Counted from the first letter of the stretch, positions 17,936 through 29,355 are shown. The stretch: 64,000 bases of DNA from Bdellovibrionota bacterium (GCA_044356215.1 JBIKWQ010000005.1:1699-65698); one strand, 5' to 3'. Numbers and translations: made by a program. Notes: a model not told the origin generated them from the letters alone.

Positions 17936-20900
17936 GTGACGATCCAACTACAACCAGTAATCAGTCGGGCGAAGGGCCTCTTACGCTCTCTACGTGGGAC
18001 AAATAGCGCGGATCGAAGCTTTGTGGAGGCCGGACAGACCTGGCAGCCAGAGGTTCTTTCACGAGAGGGATTAGAAACGCTCGCGATACAGTTGGCGGAT
18101 CTACACCGAAACGCTATCGGTCAATTTCACTCAACTCGCCTCCTACGAGATTACAGAGCTAATCGAGCTACCCTTAAGCGCGTTTACCTACGTCTAGCCG
18201 AAGCGGCGCATAACGGCGAAGCCCTGACTGCGGGAGCGGAGTGGCTACTGGATAACTACCACCTAGTTGAGCGGCACGCCGCGCAGATCAAGAAGTACCT
18301 TCCGCGCAGCTTCTACCGCATCCTTCCCAAACTGACTCGAGGAGACTCAAAGGGACTCCCAAGGATATTTCATCTGGCGATGCAGTGTGTCTTACACACC
18401 GACGGCAGCATCAACGCCGAACGCACTTCGGGCTTTATCGCGGCATATCAAACCAAGTTAGAACTCTCTTCGGGTGAGCTCTGGGCTTTCCCGATCATGC
18501 TTCGCTTAGCTTTACTTGAGAACCTACGTCATTTGACAGTTGAAGCGGAACGCGAACTACTGGCGCGCCGCGAGGTCTTCTCGTTAGTAGACCAAGTCCT
18601 AGGTGATGAATCACGCGCTGGAACGGAGATAATGGTCGAGCTGGCGCGCCGGATTAACGAACGCGAGAACTTCTTACTTCACGGTGCACTTGAACTTCTT
18701 AAGCGACTAAGAAGCCGCGGCAAAAAGGCCTACATGGCGTTGCAGTTCTTAGAAGAGAAGCTAAGAGAGAGGGGCTTAGATCCTGAGGAGCTGCTCCGAG
18801 CCGAAGATCACCGACAAGCCACTAGACAGATCTCAGTCGGCAACACACTAACTTCCTTGAACGCCGTAGATCAGATGAATTGGCGCGATTGGTTCGAGTC
18901 TGTCAGCTTGTCAGATGCCGCTCTTCGTAAGGATCCGGCGGGAATCTACTCGCGCAACGACTTCATGACTCGAGATGTCCTGCGACAAGAGGTTGAGAAG
19001 TTAGCTAAGATTCTTAAGAAGACGGATTCTCAAGTCGCCTCTGCCGTGATTGATTGCGCCCGTGAGTCGGCGACCAACTGGCCAGGCGTCGATGATCGGT
19101 CCAAAGTACAAAGGTATGTTGGCAACTTCCTCTTCGGTGATGGCCGCGCTGCCTTGGAGAGCAAGCTCGACTTCAAACCATCTCTGAAGAGACGCTTTCA
19201 ACGTTTTCTCTTCAAGAATTCTCTAGCTACTTATCTGGGCTCAATCTTCGTTCTGTCGTTGATATTTGGCGGATACGTGTGCCTAATCTCAGAGTGGGTA
19301 GAGGCTCCTAAAATGGCGGTCGTAGGGGCGTTAGTATTGTCACTTCTGCCGATGACGGAACTGGCATCGAGCTTAGTTCAATATCTCGTTTCTCGTTGGG
19401 TAAGACCTAGGCCGCTGCCAAAGCTAGAAAGCGATGGTCCGGTCGCGGGCGAATCAAAAACCCTTGTTATTGTTCATACGATTTTTAGCTCGACGGGATC
19501 GATTCAGCGGGCGATCGACGGCCTAGAGGTCAGATTTCTCGGAAACGACGATCCGGCTTTTACCTTTGTCTTGATGGCGGATCTACCCGATGCGCAAAGC
19601 GAGCACGCGCCTCAAGATGAGGAGATAATTAACGCCGCCAAGGAGGGGATCGAGACTCTAAACAGACGTCATGCGCGCGGCGACTCTCCCCGCTTCCTTC
19701 TATTTTTCCGCTCGAGGCAATGGAATCCAAGCGAGGGTGTGTGGATGGCTTGGGAGCGAAAGCGCGGCAAGATTGAGGAGCTTAATCGCCGGCTACATGG
19801 CGATCTAAACACATCCCTTAAGCTTATTGTTGGAGAACCGGAGCAGCTTGAGGGAGTTCGTTACGTCATCACGCTTGACAGCGACTCTCAACTAGCTCGC
19901 GATGTGGGTAAAAAGCTTGTAGCCACGATCTCACACCCGATGAATCGCCCAGTCATCGATCCGAAAGTAAATCGAGTTACTAGCGGCTATGCATTTATAC
20001 AGCCGCGGGTAACGATCTCCCTGACCTCGGCGACCAGCTCATTTTTCTCACAGCTCTTCTCTGGACAGGCAGGTTTAGATCCTTACACAAATGTCGTCTC
20101 TGAAGTCTATCAAGATCTCTTTGGTGAGGGATCTTTCTGGGGAAAGGGAGTTTATGACGTGCAAGCCTTTGAGCATGTTCTGCGCGATCGTGTGCCTGAG
20201 AACGCGCTACTGAGTCACGATCTCTTTGAAGGATCCTTCGCGCGTGTCGCCCTCGCGTCTGATATAGAGCTCTACGACGATTTCCCATCTAGATATATGG
20301 CGTACTCGAAACGGCTACATCGGTGGGTACGCGGCGACTGGCAGCTCCTACCGTGGCTTTTTCCACGCGTGCCGACCAAGGGTGGTAAACAGAGGAGTCA
20401 GATCTCGTGGCTCTCGTGGTGGAAGATGTTTGACAACCTCAGACGTAGCCTCGTCCCTCCAGCCTGCTTGGCCGCTTTAATGGCCGGATGGATCTTCCTG
20501 CCAGGGGGTCCGCTCACCTGGACAGCGATAGTTTTAATAGTTATCGCCTTCCCCGTCTTTACGGGCCTGGCGGCGGTTTTCGCACTTCCAAGTGTTGGTA
20601 TATCAATCGGCGGACTCCTAGGTGATATCGGCCGAGATCTTTGGCGCAATACCGTACGCTCTTTTATGGGAATCGCGTTTCTGCCTCACCAGGCCGCGTT
20701 GATGATTCACGCGATAGCGGTGACTCTGCGACGCGTCTGTTGGGAGCACAAGCACCTATTAGAGTGGGAACCAGCTGAGAGAGCAGAGAGACGCTCAAAG
20801 AATGAGCGCGGTGAATACCTTAAACTTTTCATCCCAGCGATGCTGGTAGTGTTCGCGGCTCTTATCCTCACCGCTTACGTTAAGCCCGCTAGTCTTTTAT

Positions 20901-23900
20901 ACGCTCTACCCGTGGTTGGTCTCTGGCTTCTATCTCCAATGATAGCCGATGCCGCGTCTAGGTCGGCGAAGATTACCACCTTTACAGCGACCCCTTCCGA
21001 GTCGAGGTATTTAAGACGCCTGGCGCGTGATACGTGGCTCTTCTTCCGAGAATACCTCAGACCTGAGTACAACTACCTGATGCCTGATAATCTGCAGATA
21101 GTTCCAAACAGGGTCGTTGCTGAGAGAACCAGCCCGACTAACATCTCACTTTCGATGCTCAGTGTTCAGACAGCCTATGATCTCGGATTTTTGCCGTGGC
21201 ACACCGCTGTCGATAAGATCTCTCTGATTACTTCGACGATCAGATCTCTGGATAAATATAGGGGCCACCTCTTTAATTGGTATTCTATCAGGGACCTGGC
21301 GCCTTTAAACCCGCGCTACATATCTACGGTTGATAGCGGCAACTTGCTCGGGCACCTATACACCCTTCTCTCTATCTTTGATCACTTCGAGAATTTTGGA
21401 GTAGTTAAATCCACTCACTTCGAGAGCGTGAAGCAAAGCATTGAGGATCTCCTCTCAATTAAGGATCTGACACCGCCGGGAGAGTATCGAGCGAGACTGG
21501 TATCCTTCAAAGACCAGATGGCGGCGCATCCAACCTCTGATATCGCTACTCAGCTCTCGATCGTTACTAGCCAACCAGCGCTTGAATTAGTTGCCTCACT
21601 GAATTCCGCCGCTGAAATAGATCAGAAGCACGCGTCCGAATTTCGCGCTTTAGCGGCTCTGATGACAGACATCAGTGACGCCAGCGAATTGCTTGGATGG
21701 TTTAATCCGGTGCGGGAGTTAGCCGCGGCCGCTAGGACTGTTCAGCTAAGTCACGATACCTCATCTGAGCCACTTCAACGTCTCCTAGTTCTCAGCGTTG
21801 AGACTTTAAAGAATATCCAGGGGGCCACTCCGTCGATTAGCTTTATCGACACGACTACAGATAGGCTGTTAAGCGCCTTAAAAGAAGTTCAATTAGAGAG
21901 CGTCGGAGACGTGCTTCGTCCGATCGTCTTTGATCTTACTAACCGCGTCAACGCTGCAAGGACGTTAATAACGACTCTTAGGGATACAGCGAGAGCTACT
22001 GTTGAAAGTCTCAAGCAGATAATTGCCGACATGGATTTTTCATTCCTCTATGATGGGGAGAGAGATCTATTCACGATCGGTTACAACGCGGAACACGCTA
22101 GAAAAGATCAGAGCTTCTACGATCTTCTCGCTTCTGAGGCGCGCCTGCTAAGCTTTCTGGCTGTAGCCCGCGGCGAGGTCCCACAGAAGCACTGGTTCTC
22201 TCTTGGCCGATCCCTAGCGAACACTCCAGGAGGCAAAGCTTTGATCTCGTGGAGCGGTACCATGTTTGAGTACCTGATGCCATTTATTGTCATGAAGGAC
22301 TTCCCTACTACTATCCTAGGAAGGACTGGACGGGCTGTAGTTAACGCGCAGATTCACTACGGCGCGCGTCAATCAGCTCCTTGGGGAATCTCCGAATCCG
22401 CCTATAGCGGCGTCGACTTTGAGAAGACTTATCAGTATCGCGCCTTTGGTGTCCCTGGGCTTGGACTAAAGCGGGGACTCTCGGAGGACCTGGTTGTATC
22501 GCCGTACTCTACCATGTTGGCGTTGGGATTCGCTCCGTCACTTGAGAGCGCTATCCGCAACTTAAAGCACCTCGAAGATGAGGGGGCGCGAGGTGAATTC
22601 GGCTTCTATGAGGCGGTCGACTATACAACCACGAGACACATTCGCTCAGAGGGTAAGCACATAGTGCAGTCATTCTTCGCTCACCACCAGGGGATGTCTC
22701 TAGTCAGTATTAACAACATCCTCAACAACGATATCATGCGTGAACGTTTTCATGCGCAGCCGGTGGTTAAAGCGGCTGAATTACTTCTGCACGAGAGGTT
22801 CCCAGATCGCGTAGCAGCGATCGTACCTCATGAGCCTGAGTTGGCGATGATACACCGCGAAGAGGAGGAATTTGAGGCTCCAGGCTTAGAGGTGATCACC
22901 TCCCCGCACTCATTAGCTCCTCGTGTTAGACTTCTCTCAAATGGTAAATACTCAGTCCTTGTCGACTCCGCCGGTGGTGGATTCAGCTCATTTGACAAGT
23001 CGCTTCTGCTCACTCGTTGGCGTGAGGATCCCACAACATCGCCTTACGGAACATTCATATACATTCACGATGCCACACGTAAGGAGACATGGTCAGCCGC
23101 TTATCAACCTACTAGAGTTAACGCTGACTCGTATGAGGCGATCTTTAGCCCAGGCAGGGCTGAATTTAAGCGCTTCGACGATAAGATATTCACTCACACT
23201 GAGATAACCGTTGCCCCTGAGGACGATGTTGAGCTTAGGCGCGTAACCATCACAAACCTAAGTGATGTGGAGCGTGAGTTAGATATTGTAAGTTATGCCG
23301 AGCCGGTATTGAATTCACAACGAGCCGACAACGCCCATCCAGCGTTTAACAAGCTTTTTGTGCGGGCGGAGCCCGTACCGGATTTCGACGCGATTATTTG
23401 CGCGAGAAGACCAAGGAGTGATCACGAACAGGAGCTCTTCTTTTTTCATCGGGTAACTCTCCGCACTAGCTACGCGCCGATCAGATTTTATACATCTCGC
23501 GCCAGTTTTATAGGTCGCCATGGGTCTCTGGCTAAACCGACGATATTTGAGGGAAGCGGTTCGGCCGTCCAACCGCTTGATGGCAATGTCGATCCCCTCG
23601 CCGCGCTGGGATGCACAGTGCGTCTTGAACCTGGAGCAAGCGAGACACTTGTGTTTATCTCCGGAGCGACCCGCTCTCGCGACAACGCTGAGATCCTGAT
23701 CGAACGTTACCAGGACCTGATGCATGTCAACCGAGCGTTTGAGCTTTCCTGGAGTCGCGCTCAGGTCGAGCTACGTAATCACGCTTACTCAGCGGCCCAA
23801 GCGGACCTATTTCATAGACTCGCCGGCTGCTTGATTTATAACGAGGAGAACGTTCGAGCGACTCAGCAGACTTTGCAAACTAACCGCTTAACTCAGTCGT

Positions 23901-26791
23901 CGCTGTGGCGGTTCGGAATCTCAGGCGACCTTCCGATACTGTTAGTTAAGATCTCTGACTCTCGTCAAGCCAAGATTCTGCAAGAGCTACTTCTGGGCCA
24001 TCACTTCCTGCGTGAACGTGGCCTCGAGTTTGACCTGGTAGTGCTTCACAAGAACCAGGGTAGCTACATGCAGCACCTGGCTGAGGACATAGAATACACG
24101 GTTAGGTTAAGTCCGGCTGGCGCTCTGTTAGACAAGCGCGGGGGTGTTTTCCTCCGCTCCAGCAGTCAGATCTCTGAGTCGGAGATAACCCTTCTCGAGA
24201 CGGTTTCGAGAGTCGTACTTGATTGCGACCTGGGGGATCTACGAGAACTTCTAGCCAAGGCCTCTTTTGAGCAGGTCACATCCCCACTAACTATCAAACC
24301 TTTTACACGCTCTCAACGCAGACCTAGAGGATCACAGACTCTGGTTAAGGCTAATAAAATGGGCGGTTTCGTTCCGAGCTCCAACCACTACCTGCTTCCT
24401 CAGGTTGGAGATAATCGTCCTCCTCTTCCATGGTCTAATATCATTGCTAATCCTCATTTTGGGTTCCTCGTAACTGAATCGGGAGCCGGATATACTTGGT
24501 CTGAAAATAGCCGGGAAAACAGACTTACTACTTGGTCAAACGATCCAATCCTTGATCCAGTGAGTGAGGTGGTATTTATTCGGCGCGCCGAGAGTGGAGA
24601 CTACTGGTCCCTCACCCCCTCCCCCTCCGGCTCCGGGCTCGATTACTCGGTCGAGCATGGGTTTGGCTACTCTACATTTACAGCTAACAATTCAGGCATC
24701 GACTCAGCGTTAACCTTATCGGGTTCGAATAAGGAGCGCGTCAAATGGCTCTCTGTGACACTTTCTAACGCGGAGTCTCAGGAGCAAAGGCTTGAACTAG
24801 TACTTTATTGTGAACCCGTTCTAGGAGTGACACGTGATGACTCTTATCGTTTTATAACGTCATCCTTTGATTTAACCGCTCAATCGCTCTGCTTACAGAA
24901 CTACTACAACAACGAGTTCGCTGGTCGCGTAATGGCGGTAGGCGCTAGTGAGCCGATCGTTAGCTACACAGCTTCACGCCTTGAGTTCGTAGGTAAGAAC
25001 GGTGATATCTCCGCTCCTGACGCGCTTAACCGCGGAGGATCCACCGCTTTCCTATCCTCAAAGACCCGCGGGATTAAGCTCTCAACCAAGACAGGGGCTG
25101 GCTTCGATCACTGCGCCGCTCTGCAGGTATCTATCACGCTGAAGCCTAAGGAGGAGAAGAATGTCGTCTTCTTTATCTCCGAGCACAGCTCGATGGACGC
25201 CATGCGTCGAGAAGCTCCCAAATACAGAGGTCTACAAACTCAACGGGTCGAACTTCAAGGGGTGCAACTATTCTGGCGCGAACTACTATCGACGATAGAG
25301 GTTCAGACTCCGAGTGACTCATTCAATCTGATGATGAATGGCTGGTTGCTGTACCAGACCGTAGCGTGCCGACTATTTGGTCGTTCGGCTTTCTACCAGA
25401 GCGGTGGCGCGTTAGGCTTCCGTGACCAGCTACAGGATTCCTTAGCTCTGCTAAACATCAGACCAGATATGGTTAGGCAGCAGATTATCCTCCACGCTGC
25501 GAGACAGTTTAAGGAGGGCGATGTTCAGCACTGGTGGCATCCCCCGACCGGTAGAGGAGTAAGGACTCGCATATCAGACGACCTGTTATGGTTACCTTAC
25601 GCTGTCGCCAGATACATCGAAGTGACCGGGGATTATTCAATCCTCGCCGAGCAGGTGCCTTTTTTACAGGGAGCCGCTCTCGCTGATGGCCAGATGGAGA
25701 ACTATTTCATACCCGAAAGGAGCTCTGAGGAGGGTTCTATTTTAGAGCACTGTCTGAGAACTTTTAGAGGCACCGAAGCCGTGGGGAGTCACGGACTGCC
25801 TCTGATCGGCGCGGGCGATTGGAACGACGGAATGAATGAGATAGGCCGCCACGGTAAGGGCGAAAGCGTATGGCTGGCCTGGTTCCAATGCGAGGTAATT
25901 AAACGATTCGCGCCTATCCTGGAGGCTCAGGGAGAACAGGAGAACGCAGACGCCCTAAGACAGAGAGCGGGTGCCCTCGCGGCGGCCGCCGAAAGGGAGG
26001 CGTGGGACGGAGCCTGGTATCGTCGGGCCTTCTACGACGATGGAACACCTGTAGGGAGCAAGGACAACGACGAGTGCAAGATCGACTCACTATGCCAATC
26101 CTGGGCCATTATTAGCGGCTCCTCGGATAAGGAGCGGGCACGCCAAGCGATGGAATCAGCGCTACGAGAGTTAGTAGATCACGACGGTCATTTGATCAAA
26201 TTGTTAACCCCCCCATTTAACAAAACCGAGAAGAATCCCGGCTACATCAAGGGCTATCCGCCTGGAGTACGCGAGAACGGAGGACAATACACCCATGCGG
26301 CAGCGTGGTTAATTATCGCGTCAGCTCTCCAGGGGGCTGGTGACACCGCCTTTAATCTTCTAGATCTGATTAATCCAATTAACGCTACTTTGGACGCGAA
26401 GGGACTAGAGACCTATAGAGCTGAGCCATATGTTATGTGTGGCGATGTCTACTCTGAGCCGCCCCTTAGAGGCCGCGCTGGCTGGAGCTGGTACACGGGC
26501 TCATCTGGTTGGCTATATCAGGCCGGCATAGAGAATATTATGGGGCTAAAAGTTCATCCGCTTCATATAACGATCAATCCGTGTGTGCCATCGAGCTGGG
26601 ATCACTCAGTGGTACGTTACCGTCGAGGTGAAAGATTATTCGTATTTGAGCTGATTAATCCATCGGGCGCTCAGCAAGGTGTTTCTCGGATTGAGGTAAA
26701 TGGAACCGAGATACCTGACAAAAAGATCCAGTTAGAGGATCCCTCTTATAGAGGCACTGTAAATGTGAAGGTATTTATAGGACGCGATTAA
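17936..26791 (+). CDS. cgs: Cyclic beta-1,2-glucan synthase (GT84 plus GH94 phosphorylase modules; Cgs/NdvB/ChvB)
   Basis: 2951 aa; AGAEWLLDNY, WERKRGKIEE, ITLDSD, LLSHDLFEG, RLHRWVRGDWQ, YDLLASEAR, SWSGTMFEY, YQSGGALGFRDQLQD, QHWWHPP, GDWNDGM, GRAGWSWYTGS. Confidence 0.96.
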   Translation: MTIQLQPVISRAKGLLRSLRGTNSADRSFVEAGQTWQPEVLSREGLETLAIQLADLHRNAIGQFHSTRLLRDYRANRATLKRVYLRLAEAAHNGEALTAGAEWLLDNYHLVERHAAQIKKYLPRSFYRILPKLTRGDSKGLPRIFHLAMQCVLHTDGSINAERTSGFIAAYQTKLELSSGELWAFPIMLRLALLENLRHLTVEAERELLARREVFSLVDQVLGDESRAGTEIMVELARRINERENFLLHGALELLKRLRSRGKKAYMALQFLEEKLRERGLDPEELLRAEDHRQATRQISVGNTLTSLNAVDQMNWRDWFESVSLSDAALRKDPAGIYSRNDFMTRDVLRQEVEKLAKILKKTDSQVASAVIDCARESATNWPGVDDRSKVQRYVGNFLFGDGRAALESKLDFKPSLKRRFQRFLFKNSLATYLGSIFVLSLIFGGYVCLISEWVEAPKMAVVGALVLSLLPMTELASSLVQYLVSRWVRPRPLPKLESDGPVAGESKTLVIVHTIFSSTGSIQRAIDGLEVRFLGNDDPAFTFVLMADLPDAQSEHAPQDEEIINAAKEGIETLNRRHARGDSPRFLLFFRSRQWNPSEGVWMAWERKRGKIEELNRRLHGDLNTSLKLIVGEPEQLEGVRYVITLDSDSQLARDVGKKLVATISHPMNRPVIDPKVNRVTSGYAFIQPRVTISLTSATSSFFSQLFSGQAGLDPYTNVVSEVYQDLFGEGSFWGKGVYDVQAFEHVLRDRVPENALLSHDLFEGSFARVALASDIELYDDFPSRYMAYSKRLHRWVRGDWQLLPWLFPRVPTKGGKQRSQISWLSWWKMFDNLRRSLVPPACLAALMAGWIFLPGGPLTWTAIVLIVIAFPVFTGLAAVFALPSVGISIGGLLGDIGRDLWRNTVRSFMGIAFLPHQAALMIHAIAVTLRRVCWEHKHLLEWEPAERAERRSKNERGEYLKLFIPAMLVVFAALILTAYVKPASLLYALPVVGLWLLSPMIADAASRSAKITTFTATPSESRYLRRLARDTWLFFREYLRPEYNYLMPDNLQIVPNRVVAERTSPTNISLSMLSVQTAYDLGFLPWHTAVDKISLITSTIRSLDKYRGHLFNWYSIRDLAPLNPRYISTVDSGNLLGHLYTLLSIFDHFENFGVVKSTHFESVKQSIEDLLSIKDLTPPGEYRARLVSFKDQMAAHPTSDIATQLSIVTSQPALELVASLNSAAEIDQKHASEFRALAALMTDISDASELLGWFNPVRELAAAARTVQLSHDTSSEPLQRLLVLSVETLKNIQGATPSISFIDTTTDRLLSALKEVQLESVGDVLRPIVFDLTNRVNAARTLITTLRDTARATVESLKQIIADMDFSFLYDGERDLFTIGYNAEHARKDQSFYDLLASEARLLSFLAVARGEVPQKHWFSLGRSLANTPGGKALISWSGTMFEYLMPFIVMKDFPTTILGRTGRAVVNAQIHYGARQSAPWGISESAYSGVDFEKTYQYRAFGVPGLGLKRGLSEDLVVSPYSTMLALGFAPSLESAIRNLKHLEDEGARGEFGFYEAVDYTTTRHIRSEGKHIVQSFFAHHQGMSLVSINNILNNDIMRERFHAQPVVKAAELLLHERFPDRVAAIVPHEPELAMIHREEEEFEAPGLEVITSPHSLAPRVRLLSNGKYSVLVDSAGGGFSSFDKSLLLTRWREDPTTSPYGTFIYIHDATRKETWSAAYQPTRVNADSYEAIFSPGRAEFKRFDDKIFTHTEITVAPEDDVELRRVTITNLSDVERELDIVSYAEPVLNSQRADNAHPAFNKLFVRAEPVPDFDAIICARRPRSDHEQELFFFHRVTLRTSYAPIRFYTSRASFIGRHGSLAKPTIFEGSGSAVQPLDGNVDPLAALGCTVRLEPGASETLVFISGATRSRDNAEILIERYQDLMHVNRAFELSWSRAQVELRNHAYSAAQADLFHRLAGCLIYNEENVRATQQTLQTNRLTQSSLWRFGISGDLPILLVKISDSRQAKILQELLLGHHFLRERGLEFDLVVLHKNQGSYMQHLAEDIEYTVRLSPAGALLDKRGGVFLRSSSQISESEITLLETVSRVVLDCDLGDLRELLAKASFEQVTSPLTIKPFTRSQRRPRGSQTLVKANKMGGFVPSSNHYLLPQVGDNRPPLPWSNIIANPHFGFLVTESGAGYTWSENSRENRLTTWSNDPILDPVSEVVFIRRAESGDYWSLTPSPSGSGLDYSVEHGFGYSTFTANNSGIDSALTLSGSNKERVKWLSVTLSNAESQEQRLELVLYCEPVLGVTRDDSYRFITSSFDLTAQSLCLQNYYNNEFAGRVMAVGASEPIVSYTASRLEFVGKNGDISAPDALNRGGSTAFLSSKTRGIKLSTKTGAGFDHCAALQVSITLKPKEEKNVVFFISEHSSMDAMRREAPKYRGLQTQRVELQGVQLFWRELLSTIEVQTPSDSFNLMMNGWLLYQTVACRLFGRSAFYQSGGALGFRDQLQDSLALLNIRPDMVRQQIILHAARQFKEGDVQHWWHPPTGRGVRTRISDDLLWLPYAVARYIEVTGDYSILAEQVPFLQGAALADGQMENYFIPERSSEEGSILEHCLRTFRGTEAVGSHGLPLIGAGDWNDGMNEIGRHGKGESVWLAWFQCEVIKRFAPILEAQGEQENADALRQRAGALAAAAEREAWDGAWYRRAFYDDGTPVGSKDNDECKIDSLCQSWAIISGSSDKERARQAMESALRELVDHDGHLIKLLTPPFNKTEKNPGYIKGYPPGVRENGGQYTHAAAWLIIASALQGAGDTAFNLLDLINPINATLDAKGLETYRAEPYVMCGDVYSEPPLRGRAGWSWYTGSSGWLYQAGIENIMGLKVHPLHITINPCVPSSWDHSVVRYRRGERLFVFELINPSGAQQGVSRIEVNGTEIPDKKIQLEDPSYRGTVNVKVFIGRD

Positions 26792-27312
26792 TCGCGCTTT
26801 AATTTTCTCTGCAAGCTGCGACGATGAACTCCGAGTACCTTTGCTGTACGGGATACATTCCCGTCGCATTCATCAAGCACTCTCTGAACGTACTCCGCCT
26901 CTACTTCAGCTAACGACGGCATTGAGGGCGCTTCGGATGCCGTTCCTACAATCTCGGGTTCGAACGCGCGCAGAATCTGATCTATCGTCGCTGGCTTGGT
27001 TATATAATTAGCCGCTCCTCGCCGGACCGCGTCTAGTGCGGTGGAGATACTTCCGAAACCTGTCAGCACGATTATTCGGCAACTTGGATCTAAGGCCGAG
27101 ATCTCTTTAACCAGCCAGAGGCCACTCTCTCCAGGCATCCTGAGGTCGACTATAACTCCGCCAGGACGGTACTCGTTAAATACCTCCAGACCATTAGCGG
27201 CGTTCTCAGCTTCATAGATCGTCAAATCGCGGTCACGCAGAGAGCGGGCTAATCTCCGGCGAAACGGGGGGTCGTCGTCACACACTAATATCTTATCGGG
27301 CATCTGGCTCAT
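26788..27312 (-). CDS. regA: RegA/PrrA/ActR-family response regulator
   Basis: LVCDDD, VDLRMP, LTGFGSISTA, YITKP; C-terminal HTH VLDECDGNVSRTAKVLGVHRRSLQRKL. Confidence 0.9.
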   Translation of the reverse strand: MSQMPDKILVCDDDPPFRRRLARSLRDRDLTIYEAENAANGLEVFNEYRPGGVIVDLRMPGESGLWLVKEISALDPSCRIIVLTGFGSISTALDAVRRGAANYITKPATIDQILRAFEPEIVGTASEAPSMPSLAEVEAEYVQRVLDECDGNVSRTAKVLGVHRRSLQRKLKRD

Positions 27313-28607
27313 ATCATCATAGTCGAAGGAATAACAAGATCGACCTCACTCCCCTTGCCAATAGCTGAGGATATTTCAAGAGATCCGCCGACCTGCCGAG
27401 CGAACAGCTTCGCCACATAAATCCCAAGACCCATCCCCTCTCCCGGAGCCTTTGTTGTAAAAAACGGTTCTCCGAGCCTGGCTTTTATATCGTCGCTCAT
27501 TCCCGAACCGGTGTCACGAATGGTGAATCTAACCGTGTCTCCCAGAACCGTCACACCACAAAAGACACTTCCGTCAGCCGAAGACGCCTGAACCGCGTTA
27601 CGGATCAGCGCGTGAAGTGAGCCGAGGAGCGCGTGCTTTAGGGAATGAACCGATATCTCCAGAGCATGCTCAACGTCAAATGAGATCGGTATACCTGGAT
27701 CCGAGAACCTCGATCTTAACTCAACAAAGACCTCTCTTAATTGAAAGGACCGTGGAGCCTCTCCCTGCAATTCAGAATTGCTCTCTCTTAATCTCCGCAG
27801 AATCTCGGCGCATCTAGCCAATTGTTCCTGAAGAACCTGAACGTCCTCACTCCAGCGAGGGTCCGCCTTTAAATCACGCGCGAGGTCCTCTCCAATCAAG
27901 GAGAGAGTCGCGAGCGGCGTAGCTAATTCATGAGTCACCCCGGCCGTTAATGTTGTTAGCGAAACTAATCTACGTTGCTCCTGCTCCTCCTCTCTTAATC
28001 CTTCAATTACTCGAGCCTGCTGTGAGATCTCTCGATTCATGCGGGTTACAAAGGCTGAGATAATCACCCCCAAGAAGACAAACGCGAGCAACATTCCGTG
28101 TAGATGCAGAGAGAATCCTGAATGCTCCAGGTGAGCCCTGTGGTTAGCATGGTTATCGAGGGGCGGAATCGGTGTGTGCAGGAAGAACAGGGCTAAAAAA
28201 CAAACTAAAGAGACCGCGAAGATCCCCCACGTCCAACGGGCATCGAGAACCACAGCGGCCAGGGTCACGTAAGCTAAAAAGACCATGCTAAAAGGATTAG
28301 AGTATCCTCCACTAACGAAAAGTAGTCCTGTTAGCAGTAGCACATCGAACACTAAGGTTAGTCCCGATATCAGATCGGGAAATTCAGGGGAGCGCCTGGA
28401 GGTCAACATCAAAAAGGCGTTGGAAGCAAACCCTAGGCCCATTATCTCAAGAATGATTCCAGAGTAGAGTCCGAGGTCGAGCGCGTAATTGGCTCCTAAG
28501 AAAATAATCGCTAATGACGCCAAAGCTGCCCAGCGTATACGGATCAGCCAACGCAAACGTATAGCGTCCTGAGAGCTAAACTCAACCGGTTTATGCCTTT
28601 CGTACAT
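27309..28607 (-). CDS. regB: RegB/PrrB/ActS-family redox sensor histidine kinase
   Basis: [16 protein letters not shown] quinone-binding motif, THELATPL H-box, RCAEIL Cys, NAVQA, DTGSGM, EPFFTTK, GMGLG. Confidence 0.9.
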   Translation of the reverse strand: MYERHKPVEFSSQDAIRLRWLIRIRWAALASLAIIFLGANYALDLGLYSGIILEIMGLGFASNAFLMLTSRRSPEFPDLISGLTLVFDVLLLTGLLFVSGGYSNPFSMVFLAYVTLAAVVLDARWTWGIFAVSLVCFLALFFLHTPIPPLDNHANHRAHLEHSGFSLHLHGMLLAFVFLGVIISAFVTRMNREISQQARVIEGLREEEQEQRRLVSLTTLTAGVTHELATPLATLSLIGEDLARDLKADPRWSEDVQVLQEQLARCAEILRRLRESNSELQGEAPRSFQLREVFVELRSRFSDPGIPISFDVEHALEISVHSLKHALLGSLHALIRNAVQASSADGSVFCGVTVLGDTVRFTIRDTGSGMSDDIKARLGEPFFTTKAPGEGMGLGIYVAKLFARQVGGSLEISSAIGKGSEVDLVIPSTMMI

Positions 28608-29346
28608 TACTTAACTCTGCCCATAGCAAAAACTCTTTATTGCCTTCGGCTCCAAGAATTGGAGAGGGCTCAAGTCCACGACTTATTAGACCAAATTCTG
28701 GCAATGAATCAATTACTCGGGCGCAAACTTTTGTGTGAACCTCCGGGTCTCGGATTATTCCACCCTCTCCGATATCGTCCCTCTCAGCCTCAAACTGGGG
28801 CTTTATTAGCGCGATTACAGAGCCACCGCCTGGTCCAAACCATTTTACAACTGCCGGCAATATCTTATCTAAAGAGATAAAGGATACGTCTATTACAACC
28901 AAAGATACCGGCTCCGCTAACGCTTCTAGATAACGAGCATTCGTTCTCTCCATAACTACCACTCGAGGATCGGAGCGCACCTTCCAATCTAGGTCACCGT
29001 ATCCAACATCGATGGCGTAAACTTTACTGGCCCCTCTGCGAAGCAGGATCTCTGTAAATCCACCGGTGCAAGCACCGACATCGGCGCAAACTGCTCCCGT
29101 TACCTGTACGGGGAATAGGCCACACGCCGCATCGAGTTTGTATGCCGCGCGGCTAACAAACTCTTTGCGATCACTTATTGAAACTCGAGACTCCGAGGAA
29201 ACCAAAGTGCCAGCTTTATCTACGACCTCGCCGTTGACTCTCACGAGTCCAGCTAAGATCTCCTTAGTCGCGGTGTCTCTGTCAGCACTTAGGCGGTCGT
29301 TTATCAGACGCTCAAGCAGCGTTACCTTTGGAGCTTTTTTCTTCAC
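28591..29346 (-). CDS. tlyA: TlyA family rRNA (cytidine-2'-O)-methyltransferase
   Basis: S4-like N-terminus, FVSRAAYKL, DVGACTGGFT, YAIDVG, DVSFISL, ALIKPQFE, GAEGNKEFL. Confidence 0.95.
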   Translation of the reverse strand: MKKKAPKVTLLERLINDRLSADRDTATKEILAGLVRVNGEVVDKAGTLVSSESRVSISDRKEFVSRAAYKLDAACGLFPVQVTGAVCADVGACTGGFTEILLRRGASKVYAIDVGYGDLDWKVRSDPRVVVMERTNARYLEALAEPVSLVVIDVSFISLDKILPAVVKWFGPGGGSVIALIKPQFEAERDDIGEGGIIRDPEVHTKVCARVIDSLPEFGLISRGLEPSPILGAEGNKEFLLWAELSNVRKA

Positions 29347-29355
29347 TTCTAGAAA

